Shown here: positions 57,157 to 64,000 of the stretch, piece after piece | Layout: each line of letters opens with the position of its first letter | How positions within the stretch are numbered: the stretch's first letter is position 1 | Assembly: GCA_045401115.1 (NCBI GenBank) | Contig: CP174359.1 | Location: 213,691 to 277,690 of the forward strand | Direction: 5' to 3' | DNA length: 64,000 bases | Source: Candidatus Phycocordibacter aenigmaticus | Lineage (GTDB): Bacteria > Patescibacteriota > Minisyncoccia > Phycocordibacterales > Phycocordibacteraceae | The notes under the pieces: model-generated | Told to the model about the DNA's origin: nothing | The model's database searches: none | The model's input: the letters and a program-made list of their open reading frames with translations, nothing else | Made by a program: the position numbers and the translations under genes

Positions 57157-59301
57157 TTATTCAAAATGAAGCATCCGCACTGTTTCTTCAGCGCGCGTTT
57201 TGAGGTGCGGGTGTGAAGAAAGTTCAGGGTCTTCTTTCACCAATGCAAGCGCTGCTTCACGCGCTGCTTCAACCAGTTTTAAATTCTTAAGCGCTTCCAT
57301 GCCGATGTCGGAGAGCCCTGATTGTCCGCGACCATACAACTCGCCCGCGCCACGAATCTCCAAGTCTTTCTCCGCTAATTCAAATCCATTCTTTGCCGTT
57401 TTAATAGCGTTAAGTCTGGCAGAGATTGCTTTTGCATTATTGTCTACCATTAAATACGCGTACGGTTGGTGACTTGAACGCATCACCCGCCCGCGTAGCT
57501 GGTGTAGCTGCGCCAAACCAAACCGCTCCGCGCCTTCTATCATAATGACCGTGGCGTTTGGTACGTTCACGCCCACCTCAACCACACTGGTAGCAACCAG
57601 GATATCAATATCGCCCGCAGCAAATTCATTCATCACCGCTTCTTTTTCCGCCGGGTTCATTTTGCTATGCAGCTGCCCGATGCGATATTCGGGGAACACT
57701 GTTTCTTTGAGTGTTTTAAATTCACTTGCAACCGACCGCGCCTGAAGCGCCATGTGTTTCTCCGGATCCGGCTCATCAATGCGTGGGCAAATAACGTACA
57801 CCTGCCGCCCCTCTTTCAGACGCTCACGCACCGCCTCATACGTCTTGGTGCGCTGTGCCGGAGTCACAATCTCAGTGTTAATTGGCTTGCGTCCACTTGG
57901 CAACTCATCAATCACCGTAAGATCTAAGTCGCCGTAGAGGGTGAGTGCCAGTGTGCGGGGAATAGGCGTAGCGGTCATAGATAACAGGTGTGGCGCCACA
58001 TCGCTCTTGAGCGTAATTTCACGCCGCTGCAAGGTGCCAAAGCGATGTTGCTCGTCAATAATGACGTACGCCAAGTGTTTAAACTCACAGCTTTTCTGAA
58101 TCAACGAGTGCGTACCAATAACAATGGGTACTTCACCGTTTGCCACCCACTTCAGTAACTGCGCACGGGAAATTTTAGTTGCTTTACGTGGGTCAACTTT
58201 TGAGGGGAATTTGTAGCAACCGCTTGAAGTGATGAGGCCAATTTGTATTGGGTGATCAATAAAAAAGTCAGTAAACGTTTGGAAATGTTGTTTAGCGAGA
58301 ATTTCGGTAGGTACCATGTAGGCAACTTGCAAACGGCCAAAGTCCTGCGTTTCACCTTTCTCATTTTTCGGACGGCTGGTTATCACCGCGTACGCGGTGG
58401 CTGCCGCCACCGCGGTTTTCCCACTTCCCACATCACCTTCAAGCAGGCGGTGCATGGGGTACGGGTGAGAAAAGTCAGTGAGAATGTCGCGAATCGCTTT
58501 GTTCTGACTCTCCGTCGGGGTAAACGGAAAGGTGTGTATGAACTCTTTCACGCGTTCATCGTTTACCTGCACCTCCCACGCCCTTCGTTGGGTATGAGAC
58601 TCACGCTCTTGCGCACGCCCTACTTGAATGAGGAACACCTCTTCAAACGCGAAGCGTTTCCGCGCGGTGTCGGCATCTTTTTGTTTTTTCGGTTCATGCG
58701 CAAATATAAACGCCGATTTCAATTCAGGAAGATTGTACTGACGTCGTACTTGCTCGGGAATAGGGTCGGGTATGGTGTCCCAGTCGAGGTTGCGCAAAAT
58801 TCGTTGCGCAGTATGAAACAGCCACAGTGACGAAACGCCGGCTGTTTCAGGATATATAGGAAATACATCGTGCGTGTTTTCAATAACCGGCATTCCTGCT
58901 GCCACTTCCACTGTAGGGTTTGCCATGTACTTTCGCCCGCTTCCTGCAGACACCTTTCCGCGGATACGCACCAAGGTGTTCGCTGGCACCATCTTGGCAA
59001 GGTACGGCTGGTGAAACCAAGTCACTTTCAGTGTGCCGGTCCCGTCTGAAAAACTTCCTTCAGCAATAGGTGTTTTAGTGCGGAATGATTTTTTCATTTC
59101 CAGTTTAGTAAACTCACCGTAAATAATGGCGGTTTCTCCTGGAACCACTCCCGCGACCTGCTTCATCTCTGCCGCAGATTCATAGCGATGGGGGAGGTGA
59201 TACAATAAATCACCCACTGTTTGTATAGCGAGTTTTACTAGTCCGGCACGCTGACTTTTAGTAACGCGCACGTGTGTCTCAAGTGGATCATTAAAACGCA
59301 T
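57157..59301 (-). CDS. recG: ATP-dependent DNA helicase RecG
   Basis: N-terminal wedge/OB domain, helicase motifs GDVGSGKT, DEQHRFG, SATPIPRT and QLHQLRGRVMR. The start is taken at MRFNDP (59301). Confidence 0.85.
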   Translation of the reverse strand: MRFNDPLETHVRVTKSQRAGLVKLAIQTVGDLLYHLPHRYESAAEMKQVAGVVPGETAIIYGEFTKLEMKKSFRTKTPIAEGSFSDGTGTLKVTWFHQPYLAKMVPANTLVRIRGKVSAGSGRKYMANPTVEVAAGMPVIENTHDVFPIYPETAGVSSLWLFHTAQRILRNLDWDTIPDPIPEQVRRQYNLPELKSAFIFAHEPKKQKDADTARKRFAFEEVFLIQVGRAQERESHTQRRAWEVQVNDERVKEFIHTFPFTPTESQNKAIRDILTDFSHPYPMHRLLEGDVGSGKTAVAAATAYAVITSRPKNEKGETQDFGRLQVAYMVPTEILAKQHFQTFTDFFIDHPIQIGLITSSGCYKFPSKVDPRKATKISRAQLLKWVANGEVPIVIGTHSLIQKSCEFKHLAYVIIDEQHRFGTLQRREITLKSDVAPHLLSMTATPIPRTLALTLYGDLDLTVIDELPSGRKPINTEIVTPAQRTKTYEAVRERLKEGRQVYVICPRIDEPDPEKHMALQARSVASEFKTLKETVFPEYRIGQLHSKMNPAEKEAVMNEFAAGDIDILVATSVVEVGVNVPNATVIMIEGAERFGLAQLHQLRGRVMRSSHQPYAYLMVDNNAKAISARLNAIKTAKNGFELAEKDLEIRGAGELYGRGQSGLSDIGMEALKNLKLVEAAREAALALVKEDPELSSHPHLKTRAEETVRMLHFE

Positions 59302-59325
59302 AGTAACTATCTCTCCCCAGTATAT

Positions 59326-60471
59326 ATGGCAACGCGCAAGAAAAATACCGGTCAAGAATCACTCGCTCAGCATAAAAAATACGGCGGTAAACTTTCCGTG
59401 GAAAGTAAAGTGCCGCTTAAGACTAAAAACGACTGGAGCACCTACTACACACCAGGCATTGCTGCTGTTGCGTCACACCTTGCACAGCATCCCGAAGCGG
59501 CGCGTACGCATTCAATAAAGAAAAACACTGTCGCAGTCATTTCAGACGGCTCTGCCGTGCTGGGTCTCGGCAATATCGGTCCCTACGGTGCGCTCCCAGT
59601 TATGGAAGGGAAGGCAGCTATTTTTAAAACTATGGCGGATATCGACGCGTTTCCTATTGTGCTTGATACGCAGGACACTGATGCGATTATTGAAACGATA
59701 GTAAATCTTGCACCGGGGTTCGGCGGTATTAATCTCGAAGACATCAGCGCGCCGAAATGTTTTGAGGTGGAGGAGCGCCTTAAAAAACGCCTTGCCATCC
59801 CCGTCATGCATGACGACCAGCACGGCACGGCGATAGTGGTACTCGCCGCACTCACCAACGCGCTCAAAGTAGTGAAGAAGAAAAAAGACACAGCGTCAGT
59901 TGCTATCTTAGGAGCGGGGGCAGCGGGCAATGCTATCGCGCAGCTCCTTGCGTATGATGGTTATGGCGATATCGCGGTGGTTGATAGCCGCGGTGTGATT
60001 ACTAAAGCGCGTAAAGACCTGGCGCCACATAAAAAGAAGCTGGCGCGTTTGCCGCAAAAACGCAAAGGACTCGTGACGGCGCTCGACGCTGTTTCAGAAG
60101 CCGACGTGCTCATTGGTGTCTCAGGTCCGAATACGGTGTCAAAAGAAATGGTTGCCGCTATGGCTGAAGACGCAATCGTCTTTGCGCTTGCTAACCCAAT
60201 ACCGGAAATTCTACCAACCGCAGCGCACGCTGCCGGTGCGCGCGTGGTGGCAACGGGCCGCTCTGATTTTCCCAACCAGGTAAACAACGCGCTGGTCTTT
60301 CCGGGCATATTCCGTGGTGCGCTTGATAAACAGGTCTCCGCTATTACGGACGAGATGAAAGTAAAAGCAGCGCATGCCTTAGCGCGTTTAGTGGCAAAGC
60401 CAACTGCCGCAAAAATTGTGCCGGCGGTATCAGACCCACGCGTGGTGAAAGCAGTAGCCAAAGCGGTCTAG
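59326..60471 (+). CDS. NAD(P)-dependent malic enzyme (short, MaeB N-terminal-domain type)
   Basis: Malic enzyme motifs GPYGALPVMEGKAAIFK, FGGINLEDI and the Rossmann loop ILGAGAAGNAIA. Confidence 0.8.
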   Translation: MATRKKNTGQESLAQHKKYGGKLSVESKVPLKTKNDWSTYYTPGIAAVASHLAQHPEAARTHSIKKNTVAVISDGSAVLGLGNIGPYGALPVMEGKAAIFKTMADIDAFPIVLDTQDTDAIIETIVNLAPGFGGINLEDISAPKCFEVEERLKKRLAIPVMHDDQHGTAIVVLAALTNALKVVKKKKDTASVAILGAGAAGNAIAQLLAYDGYGDIAVVDSRGVITKARKDLAPHKKKLARLPQKRKGLVTALDAVSEADVLIGVSGPNTVSKEMVAAMAEDAIVFALANPIPEILPTAAHAAGARVVATGRSDFPNQVNNALVFPGIFRGALDKQVSAITDEMKVKAAHALARLVAKPTAAKIVPAVSDPRVVKAVAKAV

Positions 60472-60473
60472 CT

Positions 60474-60743
60474 TTGACTTCGCCCTACGCCCGTAGTATT
60501 AATAAGTTTATGGAAAAACAAAAATATCCTTTTCCGTGGGGTTCTTTTTTCGTTTACAGCGGTATGGTGATTGCAACACCATTCCTTACAGAAGCAGCAC
60601 TCGATTATTTTGAGATTGACCCAAACATCAACGAAATGGGATGGGCAACCGATGCGGTGCTTCCATTAGCACTTATGATGGCGGTGGGGTGGCCTGATAG
60701 TCTGGCGTGGAAAGCTGCGGAAAGAACAAGGTCTCCTTTTTAG
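60474..60743 (+). CDS. hypothetical small protein
   Basis: 89 aa ORF (alternative start MEKQKY at 60510). No recognisable motif. Confidence 0.3.
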   Translation: MTSPYARSINKFMEKQKYPFPWGSFFVYSGMVIATPFLTEAALDYFEIDPNINEMGWATDAVLPLALMMAVGWPDSLAWKAAERTRSPF

Positions 60744-60813
60744 GAATTTATATTTATCATGTATTTGATAACCAGCGCCTCATATTAAAAAACGATAGTG
60801 TGTGCGATGTCAG

Positions 60814-61641
60814 TTATTTTAATACAGCATGCAATGCGTTCACTATCTCTTCTGAGAAAGGGCTCATCCCTGGCGCGTTGTTAAATTCATTAAACATTAA
60901 GTCACCGTCTTTTGCGAAAAGAAAATCGACACCTACGATATCAAAACAACTCATTTCCCCAATTTTTTTAACGGTCGCCAATTGTTTTGCAGTCAGTGTA
61001 TAGAGGTTACAACTTGCACCATACGCAGCATTCGCTCTGAAATCCTTTTGAGAGGTTCTTTGTACTGCTAATACTGGTTTTGCTTTGATAAATGTCACCC
61101 GAAGGTCGGTTCCCATGCTGGTGGGGATAGCTTCCTGAACAAGTACCGATTTTTTCTTTAGAAGTTTTTTAAAGTAAAGGTAGTACGTGTGAAAAATATT
61201 TTTGCATAAATGTACATCTTTTCCTTGTCCGCTTGGGTATGCCTTTAAAACAAATGGAAAGCTGAGCGTGTGCGCATATCGCCACACGTCACCAATGGAC
61301 TGCACTCTGAAGGTGCGCGGCACTTGAACGTTGTGATTACGAACGAGTTCATATGACGCTGCTTTATCAGCGGGGCGCACATCGCCATAAGTACGGTAAT
61401 CATTGATAATATGCGTCGTTTGATAGTGTGCGCTATTTTCGATATGTGCTAATACATCTTCTTTTTTGGATGGTATGTCTCTAAAATAAGGCCAGAGAAT
61501 ATCAGCTTCTGGTTTCTTTTTTAAAAATTGCTTAGCGGTGAGTGTGGTGACTAAAAACCCCTTTTTTGTAAAAGCGTCTAAATCATTTTGCTTTAGGTGC
61601 GGTGACCTGTTGTTTGCATATATAATGACCAGTGTTTTCAT
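60814..61641 (-). CDS. ATP-grasp family ligase (RimK/GshB-like)
   Basis: About 275 aa with an ATP-grasp pattern (VLKAYPSGQGKDVHL, VLVQEAIP, DLRVTFI, DFLFAKDGDLMFNEFNNAPG). The start is taken at MKTLVIIY (61641). Confidence 0.6.
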   Translation of the reverse strand: MKTLVIIYANNRSPHLKQNDLDAFTKKGFLVTTLTAKQFLKKKPEADILWPYFRDIPSKKEDVLAHIENSAHYQTTHIINDYRTYGDVRPADKAASYELVRNHNVQVPRTFRVQSIGDVWRYAHTLSFPFVLKAYPSGQGKDVHLCKNIFHTYYLYFKKLLKKKSVLVQEAIPTSMGTDLRVTFIKAKPVLAVQRTSQKDFRANAAYGASCNLYTLTAKQLATVKKIGEMSCFDIVGVDFLFAKDGDLMFNEFNNAPGMSPFSEEIVNALHAVLK

Positions 61642-61647
61642 ATACCT

Positions 61648-62436
61648 ATGGATAATACTACGCTTGCGAATGAAATGTCTTGGCATGTCTACTATAGCGA
61701 TAATGGACCTGCCGGCGATGGGGATTCTGAAAAAACGAGAGTGCGTGAATGCACTGCTCAAATAGTGCAGGATCACTTGTTAAATCATGTCTCAAGTGCC
61801 GCCGGCCGCACTCTTCAGGGGCAGCCAGAAAAAGGAAAGATTATTCTAGAGAATTTTTTATATGACGTATCCCAAGCAAGTGCATTAAACATTACGCTCA
61901 CTCCGGATTTATTTGATTCATATCTCCCCAGTCGGCCAGAAATACGTGATGGGTTGAGACAAGAATTGCTCGATAGATATCCTGAAGTACACACACTAAA
62001 CGATATTGATTTTTGGAAAGAAGTTGAACACGTATTACATCTTAAAAATGTTTCTTATATGAAACTGCGCGCGTACGTGTTGGGGCACGACTTTAACCTC
62101 TCTCATATTGATGGCCCTGTTGCGATGCCGCTTTCAAAATATAATTATCCTCAAAGTCGCGCTTCAAAGGAAGATTCGTATGCACTCAGGGGGCTTAACT
62201 ACCATTTAGCAGCAGTACCGTTTTTATATACCCATAAGAATATACAGCAATTTTTTACTACTGACGGAGCACAACGCACACTTACCTGTGATGATCTAAA
62301 ACGAGAACGTGACGAAACACTCAAACGCCGGGAGCGCTTTTGGAAAAAACTGGTAGGTACTGCAACCCCATCACCGGAGGTACTCAAAGAAGCAATAACT
62401 GGTACCGATGAGTTTAGTAAATATATAGAAGTTTGA
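61648..62436 (+). CDS. hypothetical protein
   Basis: 262 aa soluble ORF divergent from the ATP-grasp gene with only 6 bp between their start codons. Confidence 0.4.
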   Translation: MDNTTLANEMSWHVYYSDNGPAGDGDSEKTRVRECTAQIVQDHLLNHVSSAAGRTLQGQPEKGKIILENFLYDVSQASALNITLTPDLFDSYLPSRPEIRDGLRQELLDRYPEVHTLNDIDFWKEVEHVLHLKNVSYMKLRAYVLGHDFNLSHIDGPVAMPLSKYNYPQSRASKEDSYALRGLNYHLAAVPFLYTHKNIQQFFTTDGAQRTLTCDDLKRERDETLKRRERFWKKLVGTATPSPEVLKEAITGTDEFSKYIEV

Positions 62437-62470
62437 TAATACGCCTCTAATCCTTTATAGTTCTCATATT

Positions 62471-62560
62471 GGAGAGTTGGCTGAGTGGTCGAAAGCGCAT
62501 CCCTGCTAAGGATGTAGGGGGGAAACCCCCTCGAGGGTTCGAATCCCTCACTCTCCGCCA
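62471..62560 (+). tRNA. tRNA-Ser, anticodon GCU, long variable arm, CCA encoded
   Basis: Acceptor GGAGAGT/ACTCTCC, anticodon stem CATCC/GGATG with loop CTGCTAA, variable-arm hairpin TAGGGGGGAAACCCCCTC and T-arm GAGGG-TTCGAAT-CCCTC. Confidence 0.8.
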
Positions 62561-62939
62561 GGAATACTTATTATCGGAAGACCCTGAGGCCTTGATAAAT
62601 AAGTACCAATTTAGAATCGTTCAAATCCCGCAAGGCATGACCTCTGCGGGATTCGAACTTTTATGCATAATTCACTTGTCGTTTATTCGTGATTACTATT
62701 GTTTTATATACTTTTCACCAAAACAGAGTTGAAAATTTCTTGTGCCTCAACACCACCTTTTGTATGGCTAGTAACTCTCACAACAGGTGTTCCATCTTCT
62801 TGTTCTGCCACAGACTGTCCTCCTTCAAGTCTTGTAGACACAAAAGAAGATAGTGGTAACGCGCACGCTTGTATTCGTGTGATTCCCAATCTATTTTCTT
62901 TTTACGTGAAAAACGCATAGTGTAATAAAAATTATGAAA

Positions 62940-63326
62940 TTATAAATAATATGCCAAGAAGGACACTATAGCCCCAATGGAAATAGTAAATAATATGATT
63001 TGCCATGCTTTCTTTCTATCTTTAGTGCGAAATTCAGCCTGACTCACAGAATCAGTCTTACCAACATCTCCAAAGTTAAAAAGGTTGGCAAAACCAAAGT
63101 AAACGCAAAAGTGTGTATACGCTTGGAGAAAGCCGGTTGCTGACATCATTGCGGGAAAGAAGAGCGTGAGTCGCCAGATAGGAGGAGTTTCAAGCCATAT
63201 AAACAATGCCCAAAGCGCAATAGTTGCAATGAGTCCGATCCACCCAGCTTGTTTTCGCTTCTTTATTTCTTCGGGGCCGATATTGCACACTCCTGGTATG
63301 TAAGTATTTTTTTGCACAGTGGGCAT
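62940..63326 (-). CDS. hypothetical membrane protein
   Basis: 128 aa with 3-4 TM segments. Confidence 0.4.
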   Translation of the reverse strand: MPTVQKNTYIPGVCNIGPEEIKKRKQAGWIGLIATIALWALFIWLETPPIWRLTLFFPAMMSATGFLQAYTHFCVYFGFANLFNFGDVGKTDSVSQAEFRTKDRKKAWQIILFTISIGAIVSFLAYYL

Positions 63327-63327
63327 A

Positions 63328-63873
63328 TTAAACTTTCAAAAACTCTTCAATTTGCTCTAAAGGAAGATGGTCTGAAATGTCTTTTCCATAATATGCTGTA
63401 TGTACGACACCTTTTTCATCAATGAGAAAATCGGCAGGTACAAGCTTTTTGTCACCTTCTTTTTTACCACCCTTAAAACCTAGCTTATTGGCTTCCTTGA
63501 ATTTATTCATTTTGAATACTGCCTTGAGAGCTTTTCCGAGTGAAGATTCTACACCATACAGTGAATAAATTTTTCTTTCTGGGTCTGGAACTATTGGAAA
63601 AGGTGGTTTTTGTTTGCCAACATATTCCAAGATACTTTCTTTTTGGGATTGAAAAAATGCAACCATATGCAACCCGTTCTTTTTAAGGTCACTGTGATTG
63701 GTAATAAGATCATGTATTCTTAAATTGCATAAGGGACACGCCGCGTAGCGATAGAATGATACAAGAAGTTTCTTTCCTTTGTATTCCTTAAGGGAAATTG
63801 TTTTCCCTTTAACATCTTCCACCTCAAAACTTGGTGCCACATCTCCATTTTGTAGTTGCGAGTTCTTTAACAT
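63328..63873 (-). CDS. thioredoxin-fold peroxiredoxin-like redoxin (AhpC/TSA family)
   Basis: 181 aa with FYRYAACPLC (peroxidatic Cys context) inside a thioredoxin fold. Confidence 0.65.
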   Translation of the reverse strand: MLKNSQLQNGDVAPSFEVEDVKGKTISLKEYKGKKLLVSFYRYAACPLCNLRIHDLITNHSDLKKNGLHMVAFFQSQKESILEYVGKQKPPFPIVPDPERKIYSLYGVESSLGKALKAVFKMNKFKEANKLGFKGGKKEGDKKLVPADFLIDEKGVVHTAYYGKDISDHLPLEQIEEFLKV

Positions 63874-63875
63874 GA

Positions 63876-64000
63876 TTAACTTCTTAAATTAAGAGGTTTT
63901 GTCGTAGTAAGAATCGCCTTTGGGTCTTTTTTCCAGTCGTCACCCATATCAGCATAGAGTTCCAATTCATTTCCGTCTGGATCGAGAATATAAATACTGT
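63876..64000 (-). CDS. VOC (glyoxalase/bleomycin-resistance) family protein, C-terminal part (runs off the window end)
   Basis: Minus-strand frame ending ...FILDPDGNELELYADMGDDWKKDPKAILTTTKPLNLRS-stop. Its stop lies 2 nt upstream of the redoxin start codon. Confidence 0.55.
   Translation of the reverse strand, partial: SIYILDPDGNELELYADMGDDWKKDPKAILTTTKPLNLRS

Noticed and set aside
1-64000. CRISPR arrays, rRNA genes, prophage or integrase genes
   Set aside because: None was found. The only repeated short sequences are palindromic hairpins (REP-like and terminator families), not direct-repeat/spacer arrays. No integrase, recombinase or phage structural motifs were seen.

Overview
This 64 kb window is a densely packed, mostly housekeeping region of a moderately AT-rich, small-genome bacterium. 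By inference, the gene content and layout fit a Patescibacteria/CPR-like lineage, and three observations support this. First, there is no rpmD (L30) gene between rpsE and rplO. Second, type IV pilus and competence genes are present. Third, there are many long spacers carrying their own promoter-like hexamers and GC-hairpin terminators. Left to right the window holds rny (partial), clpP, tig, two envelope-type hypotheticals, nusA, and a pilB-NUDIX-pilC operon followed by three prepilin-like genes. Next come tpiA (apparently frameshifted), pgk, a HIT protein, recJ, rnhA, a comEC split in two around a convergent sodA-like gene, rpmB, two methyltransferases, an M50 protease, and the str operon (rpsL-rpsG-fusA, then tuf). 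The S10/spc ribosomal cluster follows (rpsJ to rplO, then secY). It is interrupted between rplB and rpsS by a 1.5 kb insertion that holds two tandem mini transcription units and a REP-flanked IS200-like (RAYT-type) transposase. After secY come gmk, adk and map, then a 953-aa HerA/TraD-type P-loop ATPase sitting where the infA-to-rplQ genes normally follow map. The remainder holds ndk, a beta-CASP nuclease, rplT-rpmI-infC, tmRNA next to smpB, ftsH, tRNA-Ile(UAU), recG, malic enzyme, an ATP-grasp ligase, tRNA-Ser(GCU), a peroxiredoxin and a partial VOC protein. No CRISPR array or rRNA gene was seen. Coordinates of RNA elements and hairpins are read by eye and may be off by a few nucleotides.
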